Shown: in pieces, positions 28,216-35,987 of the stretch | Numbering within the stretch: position 1 is the first letter of the stretch | Layout of the letters: each line of letters begins with the position of its first letter | IMG/VR virus record: IMGVR_UViG_3300006201_000011 | Span: 1-64,000 of that record | Length of the DNA: 64,000 nt | Strand: one strand, 5' to 3' | Source of the DNA: an uncultured virus (IMG/VR IMGVR_UViG_3300006201_000011) | Lineage: Duplodnaviria > Heunggongvirae > Uroviricota > Caudoviricetes | Translations under genes and position numbers: made by a program | The notes under the pieces: model-generated | Told to the model about the DNA's origin: nothing | The model's input: only the letters and a program-made list of their open reading frames with translations | Database searches by the model: none

Positions 28216-29450
28216 AACAATTCGTGAACCCTAAGTACGAGCAAAAAGATGGTGAAGATCTTTACGAGTATGGGCTTCGTCTGATTGAAATTAAGATGGA
28301 GCAGAAACCGGACGACCTGGACTGGGAAGATATCGTAGAGGCGACTCAGCTGGACTGTCATCGGGATAGTCTGAGGAAAGCGGCGTCTGTTACGCCATAC
28401 TCTGGCTATGCCGTCGCCCAACACTTTAAGCGAAAGTATGCAGCGGTAGACCGACCGGATAAAGAGCAATATCTGGGAGAGCTTGATATCAAAATTGCTG
28501 AAGCCAGAAAAGAATCTAAACGGCTCTTTGATCAGCGGCGTGAGTTTAACAAGCTGGTTGACCGCATTGGACGGACTGAAAATCTGGAAGACCGTCTTGT
28601 GGAGGCGGCTGCGGCATTGAACGAGTCTACGCCTCTGAATATAGACAAATCTTCCGTTTACGCCTATGGTGATAACGAAGCGGTTATTGTGTTTGCGGAT
28701 TGGCACTATGGTATGGTGACAGATAACATCTGGGAGCGTTATAATACCGAAGTGTGCCGCTGTCGTGTGGAACGGTTGGTGGAAACGGCAATCGAACGGA
28801 TCAGACTGCATCGCTGTCGGAGGCTTCATATCCTTCTGCTGGGGGATATGGCCCACGGTGCGATTCACACCAGTGCCCGTGTTGCCTCTGAAGAGTTGGT
28901 GTGCGATCAGGTGATGCAGGTGTCGGAAATTATTGCCCAAGCAGTGGCTGCTCTGGCAGATGTAGTTGACGAAACGGTGGTACACGCAACCTACGGAAAT
29001 CATTTGCGCACCGTCCAGAATAAACAAGACAGCATTCACGCGGATAACATGGAGCGTCTGATTCCTTGGTGGCTGGAACAACGACTGGGTGATAGGGGCG
29101 ACATTCAATTTCCCCAAGCTGAGTATTACGAATTTCTATACTTTAATGTGTGTGGTTATCAGATTTGCGCCACTCACGGCGACCTTGACAGTGTGAAGAA
29201 CGCCGGCAGGACGTTGAACACTCTGTTTGTGAAGAAATATGGCTCTGGAATTGATTATGTTATCCTTGCTGATAAGCACCACAAAGAGGAATTTGAGGAA
29301 TTGGGCATTGAGAGCATGATCGTAAGGTGCCTTTGCGGAACTGACGAGTATGCGAACGGGAAGCGGTTATATTCCACTCCGGGTCAACTGATGATGGTGT
29401 TTACGCCTGGGATTGGCGCTGACGCATATTATCAGATCAAACTGAACTGA
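28212..29450 (+). CDS. Metallophosphoesterase/exonuclease-like protein (412 aa)
   Basis: FADWHYG, LLGDMAHG, YGNH, THGD, ADKHH. Confidence 0.8.
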   Translation: MKQFVNPKYEQKDGEDLYEYGLRLIEIKMEQKPDDLDWEDIVEATQLDCHRDSLRKAASVTPYSGYAVAQHFKRKYAAVDRPDKEQYLGELDIKIAEARKESKRLFDQRREFNKLVDRIGRTENLEDRLVEAAAALNESTPLNIDKSSVYAYGDNEAVIVFADWHYGMVTDNIWERYNTEVCRCRVERLVETAIERIRLHRCRRLHILLLGDMAHGAIHTSARVASEELVCDQVMQVSEIIAQAVAALADVVDETVVHATYGNHLRTVQNKQDSIHADNMERLIPWWLEQRLGDRGDIQFPQAEYYEFLYFNVCGYQICATHGDLDSVKNAGRTLNTLFVKKYGSGIDYVILADKHHKEEFEELGIESMIVRCLCGTDEYANGKRLYSTPGQLMMVFTPGIGADAYYQIKLN

Positions 29451-29461
29451 GGAGTGATCAT

Positions 29462-29779
29462 GTGCTCAAAAACGATCTTGTAGTTGCCTTGTCCGAGATG
29501 GACTATTACAAAAATCAGGCTGGTGCTGTAATCAACGATGTGTTCCATGTCATTGCAGAGGCGTTGGCTCATGGCGAGAAAGTAACAATTCGGGGATTTG
29601 GGACATTTGAGGTGAAGACAAGGAAAGGATGTCTTGTGCGAGACATCCATACCAAAAAGCAAAGACAAATGGACGATTATCGGGTGGTTGTGTTCCGTCC
29701 TGGTGATAATTTGAAAGAGGCTGTAAAGGCTAACGACCCTGGGAAACTCCGCTTGTTGAGCAGAGCAGAAAAAAATTGA
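29462..29779 (+). CDS. hup: HU/IHF-family DNA-binding protein
   Basis: LAHGEKVTIRGFGTFEVKTRKG...VVFRPG..LK. Confidence 0.9.
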   Translation: MLKNDLVVALSEMDYYKNQAGAVINDVFHVIAEALAHGEKVTIRGFGTFEVKTRKGCLVRDIHTKKQRQMDDYRVVVFRPGDNLKEAVKANDPGKLRLLSRAEKN

Positions 29780-29799
29780 AAAAATTTTGTTCGCCGCTA

Positions 29800-29828
29800 T
29801 TGACATCTGGTTCAGAGCGTGCTATACT
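29800..29828 (+). promoter_or_regulatory. SigA-type promoter of the RNA island, enclosed by 17 bp perfect inverted repeats
   Basis: TTGACA-17 nt-TATACT with extended TG; inverted repeats at 29784-29800 and 29835-29851. Confidence 0.85.
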
Positions 29829-29862
29829 ATAACCATAGCGGCGAACAAAATCAATGTTCCTT

Positions 29863-30495
29863 GAAAATTTAATCTTTGCATCATGCTTATTACTAACTCG
29901 GTGAACAAAGTGTGTCAGCACTCCGAGGCGTATGGTATTTTCGGTTTGACTTGGCGATTGTCTATGGACATCGTAGCATAGGGATACCTTTCAAGTGAGG
30001 CCGCTACTGTACAGTGATGTACGGTGGGGAGGCGGAAACCGCCAACAGAAACATATGTCGCCAAGAGTTATCGCTTCATAACGCACAGAACTTTCGGGCG
30101 CAACAATAGACGCTCCTGTGGAGAATAAGCCTTGCAGTAGCTCGGTGTGGTAGCCGAGAGATACGGAGGTAAAACCAACAATGCGCTCCTGTCTTGATGT
30201 CGGAGAAATCCGGCTATAACGAAAGTCACTGGTTAGAGTAGCCGTAGGACAGATTGCAAAATCTTTTGAAGAAATTACTATAAAAGTAAGTATTTAATTC
30301 AAAACTTTTCTGAACGAACGGTGAAATTTGTGAGTAAACAGGCTCACGTAGGAGGTGGCGCTATGGCGCTGGGGCAAGAAGTTAGGGGTCGCTCCCCGAA
30401 GCTCAGACTTGTCTCCCTGGTGGCGGAACAATGAAGAAGATTATGGAGGTAGGGCGAAGGCCCAGTGGTGAGTATGATGGAAAGATTAAATTTTC
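29863..30495 (+). ncRNA. Large structured ncRNA (~630 nt), ROOL-like
   Basis: No ORF; 5' GAAAATTTAATCTTTGCATCATGCTTATTACT pairs with 3' AGTGGTGAGTATGATGGAAAGATTAAATTTTC (~30 bp with G-U pairs); many internal hairpins; size and tRNA/phage context fit ROOL. Confidence 0.7.
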
Positions 30496-30521
30496 CTTAG
30501 AAACAAACAAAATCAATGTAT

Positions 30522-30597
30522 GGGGTTGTAGCTCAGTTGGGAGAGCGCCTGTTTTGCAAGCAGGAGGTCGGGAGTTCGATCCTCCCTAATTCCACCA
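30522..30597 (+). tRNA. tRNA-Ala(TGC)
   Basis: Cloverleaf, CCTGT-TT TGC AA-GCAGG, CCA end. Confidence 0.95.
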
Positions 30598-30711
30598 GCA
30601 AGATATGTTGGTTATGCTGACGCTTGTGTGGTTCAGTTCATTACTTAACTACTATTCCTGTCAGAAACCTATCGGTCATGAACGAGGTTCTTCGGACGCA
30701 TATCGCTAAAT

Positions 30712-30787
30712 CGGGATATAGCTCAGTTGGTAGAGCACACGACTGATAATCGTGCGGTCAGAAGTTCAATTCTTCTCGTCCCGACCA
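30712..30787 (+). tRNA. tRNA-Ile(GAT)
   Basis: Cloverleaf, CACGA-CT GAT AA-TCGTG, CCA. Confidence 0.95.
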
Positions 30788-30810
30788 TAGGTACTTTGAC
30801 AATTCTATAT

Positions 30811-31235
30811 GGGGCCGTTTTTAGATTCGACGGGGTTTTGAGAGTGCAAGACTCACAGGTAGATGACCGCCTAAAGGCATACCTAAAAATGAAATGACAA
30901 CACTGAATCTGTTGTAATGATCCACCCCGCTTTTGCTGCTTTTGTGGCTGAGAGGGCTGCTGCCTGATTGGTGGCTGGATTCCAAAACGACGCACCAGCT
31001 GGATATGGGTAAGCGTCTGCGGTTAAAGAATCATCCAGCACGTGCAGTTTCTCCTTGTGCTTCTGTAAAATAAAGACAAGGTGGTGGAGGTGTACAAACC
31101 AGTACGCCCTAGGAAAGATTTGACGGTATCGCAAGTGCCCGCCGCAAGGCATCGCTGGAAAATCGTCTATTGTGTAAGAAGGTCTTGCTCATGTAGGAAT
31201 TTCGGACAGGGGTGCGAATCCCCTCGGCTCCACCA
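30811..31235 (+). ncRNA. ssrA: tmRNA; predicted tag (A)DNTESVVMIHPAFAAFVAERAAA*
   Basis: GGGGCCG..GATTCGAC 5' end, CGGCTCCACCA 3' end with G3-U70, T-arm, tag frame 30896-30967 ending in AAA. Confidence 0.92.
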
Positions 31236-31241
31236 TACATA

Positions 31242-31296
31242 GGGACACTAACAGCAATTTATAATTTTTTAAGGTAAAAAAGAAAAAAAGTGTCCT
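31242..31296 (+). ncRNA. skipping-rope-like RNA, copy 1
   Basis: GGACACT-AACAGCAA-AT-rich loop-AGTGTCC. Confidence 0.6.
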
Positions 31297-31298
31297 GT

Positions 31299-31385
31299 GA
31301 GACGCGCACAGCAAATTTTCAAAATATTCTATCAAATGTTTTTTAAGTCCGACAAGGATAACCACCTCCATTTTTTTCGCGTCTC
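31299..31385 (+). ncRNA. skipping-rope-like RNA, copy 2
   Basis: GAGACGCG-CACAGCAA-loop-CGCGTCTC. Confidence 0.6.
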
Positions 31386-31398
31386 GTAGCCTAAGTAT

Positions 31399-31475
31399 TG
31401 GCGGGTAGCTCAGATGGCAGTAGCATCTGACTGTTAATCAGAGGGTCGTGGGTTCGAGTCCCACCCTGCCAGCCA
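31399..31475 (+). tRNA. tRNA-Asn(GTT)
   Basis: TCTGA-CT GTT AA-TCAGA, CCA. Confidence 0.95.
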
Positions 31476-31551
31476 GTAGCTCAAAACATGGCAGAGAGTT
31501 TACAGGCAACTGATGTCTACATCGGTGCTGTTTTTAGAACTGCCAACATAT

Positions 31552-31627
31552 AGCGGGATAGAGAAGCGGTCATCTCGTCATCCTCATAAGTTGGAGATCG
31601 TGGGTTCGAGTCCCACTCCCGCCACCA
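31552..31627 (+). tRNA. tRNA-Met(CAT), initiator-like
   Basis: CT CAT AA loop, A1:C72 mismatch, A11-U24, CCA; weak anticodon stem. Confidence 0.85.
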
Positions 31628-31784
31628 TGCCCACCCCACAAACAGAGCGGAGACTGTAAACTGAATGGGGAATAGAAATGTTCACAATCTGGCAGTGAAA
31701 ACTTTTAGCAGGTTTCAAGCGAAACCGCTGCGTCCCAACAGCAGAGAGTTGGCACCATGGCCTACGGTGTGAGTAGGTCAATAT

Positions 31785-31860
31785 GTGGGAATAGCTCAAC
31801 TGGTAGAGCGCCGTCCTTCCAAGTCGGATGTTGCGGGTTCAAGTCCCGTTTCTCACTCCA
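31785..31860 (+). tRNA. tRNA-Gly(TCC)
   Basis: CCGTC-CT TCC AA-GTCGG, U73, CCA. Confidence 0.92.
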
Positions 31861-32084
31861 ATCTATTATATCTGTGACTTCTCTACTTTGGCAGATATGA
31901 TGATAGGTGCCGGCTCCCCTGGCATCTTTAGCAAATAGTGGAGGGATGGGAGCAGGGAAAAATACCTGTTGGTTGCCCACAAACCGTTAGTGAACGTAGA
32001 GCCAAGTGGGATATTACCAGCCATGTGGAGCTGGCCGCAGCTCCTTGCAACTGGTGACGATCAGATTGCCTTGGATGGTTTTAT

Positions 32085-32168
32085 GGGGATATGGCGGAAT
32101 TGGCAGACGCACCGGATTTAGGTTCCGACGCAGTTCGCGTGTGGGTTCGACTCCCACTATCCCTACCA
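32085..32168 (+). tRNA. tRNA-Leu(TAG)
   Basis: TT TAG GT loop, long variable arm, CCA. Confidence 0.92.
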
Positions 32169-32170
32169 TT

Positions 32171-32232
32171 GGAGCACTAACAGCAACTTTTTTTTGGAAT
32201 CAACTTTTAATTGACAACCCAAAATGTGCTCC
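32171..32232 (+). ncRNA. skipping-rope-like RNA, copy 3
   Basis: GGAGCAC-TAACAGCAA-loop-GTGCTCC. Confidence 0.6.
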
Positions 32233-32243
32233 GTAGGAAACAC

Positions 32244-32329
32244 GCTGGTGTGTTGGAATGGCAGACGAGGCAGACTCAAAATCTGTTGCCAGAAATGGCG
32301 TGTGGGTTCAAGTCCCACCACCAGCACCA
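32244..32329 (+). tRNA. tRNA-Leu(CAA)
   Basis: GCAGA-CT CAA AA-TCTGT, long variable arm, CCA. Confidence 0.95.
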
Positions 32330-32443
32330 AGCCGAACAAGGGTTTATAGTAGGCGGAGGGAAAACCAGAAACCCTGACACGCTCTATTCAGAGTGGAAAC
32401 AGTGATTGCATAAGGCAACGATACACGCTGTTAGGCCCGTTAT

Positions 32444-32519
32444 GATACCGTAGCCAAGATTGGTAAGGCTCTGGGCCGCAACCCCAGGATCGTAGGTTCA
32501 AATCCTATCGGTATCTCCA
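32444..32519 (+). tRNA. tRNA-Cys(GCA)
   Basis: CTGGG-CC GCA AC-CCCAG, U73, CCA. Confidence 0.9.
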
Positions 32520-32552
32520 TAAAGAAACCCCGCCTTTCGGCGGGGAGAGAAA

Positions 32553-32750
32553 TCACAGCTCAATACCGAGCTTTTCAGCGATTTCTTCGGGAGACATATC
32601 GGATGCTTTTGCCAGGATCTGTTGGATTTTGATTGGCTTTTCAAGCTCTGCTTTTTCTGCTTGTAGCTTTGCGATCTGGGCGTCGATGTCCTTGATACGT
32701 TGTTCCGGTGTGCGTTTCCTACGAGTAACGGTTTTCTTTTCCTCAGCCAT
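32553..32750 (-). CDS. small coiled-coil protein (65 aa), antisense within the tRNA array
   Basis: AAGGAGG RBS, SigA-like promoter at about 32788-32816, terminator at 32527-32545. Confidence 0.8.
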   Translation of the reverse strand: MAEEKKTVTRRKRTPEQRIKDIDAQIAKLQAEKAELEKPIKIQQILAKASDMSPEEIAEKLGIEL

Positions 32751-32822
32751 GGTTACGCCTCCTTATAAAGTTTGCTACAAGAAGTTTATACCATATTTCT
32801 GAGAAAAATACAATAGCGATTT

Positions 32823-32896
32823 AGGGGTGTCGCCAAATGGTAAGGCACGGGACTTTGACTCCCGCATCGTTGGTTCGATTCCAGCCACCCCTGCCA
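32823..32896 (+). tRNA. tRNA-Gln(TTG)
   Basis: CGGGA-CT TTG AC-TCCCG, CCA. Confidence 0.95.
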
Positions 32897-32898
32897 AA

Positions 32899-33037
32899 GA
32901 TGTGGTGGCGGAATAGGTAGACGCTATGGAGTCGTAAGACAGTGGTGGAGAGCTGTGCGGCGTTTGACAAAGACGATACAACCGGAGGACTCCAGCTCTG
33001 GCTGGGTTATGTGAGGTGCAAATCCTCGCCCACATCT
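32899..33037 (+). ncRNA. tRNA-like RNA with the anticodon arm replaced by a large insert
   Basis: Acceptor GATGTGG/CCACATC, Leu-type D arm GCGGAATAGGTAGACGC, T arm GAGG-TGCAAAT-CCTC; no canonical anticodon loop and no encoded CCA. Confidence 0.75.
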
Positions 33038-33045
33038 TAATATAT

Positions 33046-33122
33046 GCTCCCATCCTCTAACTGGAATAGGAGGCTGGCCTTTCAAGCCGGTAATGCGAGT
33101 TCGAGCCTCGCTGGGAGTACCA
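33046..33122 (+). tRNA. tRNA-Glu(TTC)
   Basis: CTGGC-CT TTC AA-GCCGG, CCA. Confidence 0.93.
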
Positions 33123-33127
33123 TACTT

Positions 33128-33204
33128 GGTGCCGTGGACGAATTGGTAGAGTCGCCGCCCTCTCAAGGCGGAGTTTGAGAGTTCAAATCTCTCCGGCATC
33201 ACCA
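33128..33204 (+). tRNA. tRNA-Glu(CTC)
   Basis: CCGCC-CT CTC AA-GGCGG, CCA. Confidence 0.93.
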
Positions 33205-33219
33205 AAAAGAGGAGTAGCT

Positions 33220-33450
33220 ATGGCAAGAGGATCTGCTGATAATAAACCGAAAATCGTGAGAAAATTTCCTTCTTCTGAGAATGGGACTGGTGTTCATTGT
33301 ATTACGACAACCGGACAGGAATATTTCATAACTCAATGTCTGGAAAGGATGCGGTTTACTTTATGGCGCAAGGTTGAAGACGGATATGAACAAATTAGTA
33401 CAGCGAAGTCTCCCCTGGATTTAGATGATAAAATACCTTGGGATAAGTAA
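33220..33450 (+). CDS. hypothetical protein (76 aa) within the tRNA array
   Basis: GAGGAG RBS before ATG 33220. Confidence 0.7.
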   Translation: MARGSADNKPKIVRKFPSSENGTGVHCITTTGQEYFITQCLERMRFTLWRKVEDGYEQISTAKSPLDLDDKIPWDK

Positions 33451-33453
33451 AAT

Positions 33454-33529
33454 GGCCTCGTAGCTCAATCGGAAGAGCGCCAGCCTGTCACGCTGGAGGT
33501 AGCGGGATCGAAACCCGCCGAGGTCGCCA
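33454..33529 (+). tRNA. tRNA-Asp(GTC)
   Basis: CCAGC-CT GTC AC-GCTGG, G73, CCA. Confidence 0.95.
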
Positions 33530-33532
33530 TAT

Positions 33533-33606
33533 AGGGGTCTGGTGTAACGGTAGCATGAAAGTCTCCAAAACTTTTGGTGAGAGTTCAAATCTTTCGGCCC
33601 CTGCCA
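33533..33606 (+). tRNA. tRNA-Trp(CCA)
   Basis: AAAGT-CT CCA AA-ACTTT, CCA. Confidence 0.93.
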
Positions 33607-33607
33607 T

Positions 33608-33683
33608 GCTGACGTAGCTCCAATGGTAGAGCAGTTGTTTCGTAAGCAGCGGGTTCAGAGTTCGAGTCTCTGCGTCAGCTCCA
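33608..33683 (+). tRNA. tRNA-Thr(CGT)
   Basis: GTTGT-TT CGT AA-GCAGC, CCA. Confidence 0.92.
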
Positions 33684-33686
33684 TTT

Positions 33687-33762
33687 GCTGGTGTAGCTCT
33701 AATGGTAGAGCAACCGTTTTGTAAGCGGTGGGTTCTGGGTTCGAGTCCCTGCACCAGCTCCA
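33687..33762 (+). tRNA. tRNA-Thr(TGT)
   Basis: ACCGT-TT TGT AA-GCGGT, CCA. Confidence 0.93.
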
Positions 33763-34109
33763 TATTTGCCCGATTGAGATAACATATCACGGCTGTGAGT
33801 GGCGGTCGTAATCCAAGGTGGCCTCCTGTGAGGGAGTGACTGGGCATAAAAGAAAGAGCGGTTAGGTAGCGTTGTACTATCGAGGGCGTTGCGGAAGCTG
33901 CGCACAGGCCATAGCCGCACACAGATGGCAACAGCCACGTAACTGCGGAAGCGTGGATATGTGCAACGGATGTCATGTACATCGAAATACCTTGGTAGAC
34001 TCAGATGGGAAACACTAATCCCCCTGCTCCCCGATAGAAAGGCTGAAATATGGCACAGCGTAAAGGTGTGTGGTGAGGCTGGGAGTGGAGTCACTTATGC
34101 AATTTATAT

Positions 34110-34196
34110 AGGGGAGCGCCAGAGTTGGAGAGCTGGGGCGGACTGTAAATCCGTTGCTTTCGGGCTGAGTGGGTTCGATTCCCACCTCCCCTACCA
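34110..34196 (+). tRNA. tRNA-Tyr(GTA)
   Basis: GCGGA-CT GTA AA-TCCGT, long variable arm, CCA. Confidence 0.93.
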
Positions 34197-34247
34197 CAAG
34201 TGTTTGTTGCTACCCGATATGCAACTAAAACAAGGTCGGGTTCAAAT

Positions 34248-34338
34248 GGCGGAGTGGCCGAGTGGTTGATGGCACCAGTCCTGAAAACTGGAGGCGGTGA
34301 TGAGCCGTCCGTGGGTTCAAATCCCACCTCCGTCGCCA
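34248..34338 (+). tRNA. tRNA-Ser(TGA)
   Basis: CCAGT-CC TGA AA-ACTGG, long variable arm, G73, CCA. Confidence 0.92.
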
Positions 34339-34471
34339 ACGGGATGTGTTGATATTTACCATTTTCTAACGACCCTATGATAAACGGTACGAAAAGGCGT
34401 TACCCCTACGAAACGGGCGGTGGTCTTATGCGCTGACCTGTGATTACCGTTAAACAAAAATGCGCATATAT

Positions 34472-34548
34472 GGGTTGATGGCTTATGAGGTCTGAGCGAC
34501 GGTCTGAAAAACCGTAGGATGAAGGATCGTTACCTTCTCAACCCACCA
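34472..34548 (+). tRNA. tRNA-Phe(GAA)
   Basis: ACGGT-CT GAA AA-ACCGT, atypical T loop ATCGTTA, CCA. Confidence 0.85.
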
Positions 34549-34847
34549 GCCTGAAAAGGCACACCTCTACCCTGGATGACGTGTGACGGTTCTGACACGT
34601 CGGTAAAATAAAAATTGACCGAGTGTGGGTAGCATAGGGGTCGCTCCCTCCGGTGAAATTCCGGCGCAGGCAAAACGCGATAGATAACCTAAACGCTGTA
34701 AGCAAAGCGGCATAGCCGATCAGGAGCGCGGCGGGCTAACATACCCCAACGGGACTTCGAGAGCCTGAAAAAGTATGTTTTGCACCCGTATCAGTGAGGG
34801 TAGGCCAGTGGGATACGGCCACACAGACCCTACCCACCCTTATATAT

Positions 34848-34923
34848 GCGCCTGTAGCTCAGTTGGTAGAGCAGCTGGCTTTTAACCAGTTGGCCGGGGG
34901 TTCGAGTCCCTTTAGGCGCACCA
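34848..34923 (+). tRNA. tRNA-Lys(TTT)
   Basis: GCTGG-CT TTT AA-CCAGT, CCA. Confidence 0.95.
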
Positions 34924-34945
34924 GCAAAATACTATAACGACTAAA

Positions 34946-34978
34946 AAAACCTCGGGATCTTCGGATTTCCGAGGTTTT
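34946..34978 (+). terminator. Intrinsic terminator ending the RNA island
   Basis: AAAACCTCGGGATC-TTCG-GATTTCCGAGGTTTT. Confidence 0.75.
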
Positions 34979-35004
34979 GTCATATTAAGAAGGGAGGTCG
35001 CAGT

Positions 35005-35985
35005 ATGGCGGCAAAGAAACAGCTAAAGAAACCTGCTCCTTTGAAAGTGAATAAGGATGCAAAACCGAGCGAGGCCGAGCCGCGTGTTGTTGAGGATAGG
35101 GTATATCGCTGTCCACGCTGCGGCCATGAGTACACAAAGCAAGAGGGGAATTTTTCTCCTTCTAAGTCCCCACTGTTTAAGGGGAACAACGGTTATGTAG
35201 TTTACTGTCGTAAATGCGTGGCAGAAATGTTTGAAGAGAATATCCCGTTCTTTGATAAGGATGAGGATTCTGCAATGGAGCGTGTGTGTCAGATTATTGA
35301 TCTATGTGTGGACGAAACAGCATGGGCCGCTTCACGAAAAATCAGTGCCAATCGCAATCGCATGAGTGGATATATCTCTAAGCTGAATATTAAGCAGAGC
35401 AGCAAAGAGTCCACATATTCCGATACGCTAATCAGGCGCTTTGAGGCTGAGGTTGAAAATGCTGCGACTGTACAAGAGGCGGAGGACAATGACGATATTA
35501 CAACTAATATCGAGGTGATCCGCAGATTTGGATTGGGATTCTCTGATGGTGATTATGATACCCTGCAAGGAGAATATGACAGCTGGGTAGATCGCTGTGG
35601 TGCGCCTGTGGATAAACGACAGGATGAGCTTTATGTTTCCATCTGCTATTTGAAGCTGAATTTACAAAACAGTGTGAAAAATAGTGCGGCAGGTGTTGGT
35701 GCTCTTGCAAATTCCTACAAGGCGTTTATCGAAGCGGCCACAACGGAGATTGAAGATCGTAAGAAGAAAGCAGAAGCAGAAATGCAGCTCAGTCCTTTGG
35801 GTGTGATGATTCGGGATATTGAGGAACATTGTCCGGCTGACTTCTATAAGGATAAGGCGATTTATGCTGATTATGACCATCTAAAAGAGTACATTCAAAG
35901 GTTCATGTTACGGCCACTCAACAACCTTTTAACTGGCTCCAAAGAAATGGATAAGGAGTTTAACCTGTCTGGATCGGAGGAGTGA
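35005..35985 (+). CDS. Zinc-finger protein preceding the terminase (putative small subunit)
   Basis: CPRC...YCRKC; position immediately upstream of the large terminase. Confidence 0.65.
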   Translation: MAAKKQLKKPAPLKVNKDAKPSEAEPRVVEDRVYRCPRCGHEYTKQEGNFSPSKSPLFKGNNGYVVYCRKCVAEMFEENIPFFDKDEDSAMERVCQIIDLCVDETAWAASRKISANRNRMSGYISKLNIKQSSKESTYSDTLIRRFEAEVENAATVQEAEDNDDITTNIEVIRRFGLGFSDGDYDTLQGEYDSWVDRCGAPVDKRQDELYVSICYLKLNLQNSVKNSAAGVGALANSYKAFIEAATTEIEDRKKKAEAEMQLSPLGVMIRDIEEHCPADFYKDKAIYADYDHLKEYIQRFMLRPLNNLLTGSKEMDKEFNLSGSEE

Positions 35986-35987
35986 GC

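Noticed and set aside
30723..34339. ORF-track entries overlapping tRNAs and tmRNA
   Set aside because: They are translations of RNA genes; only 32553-32750 and 33220-33450 have an RBS and lie between RNA genes.
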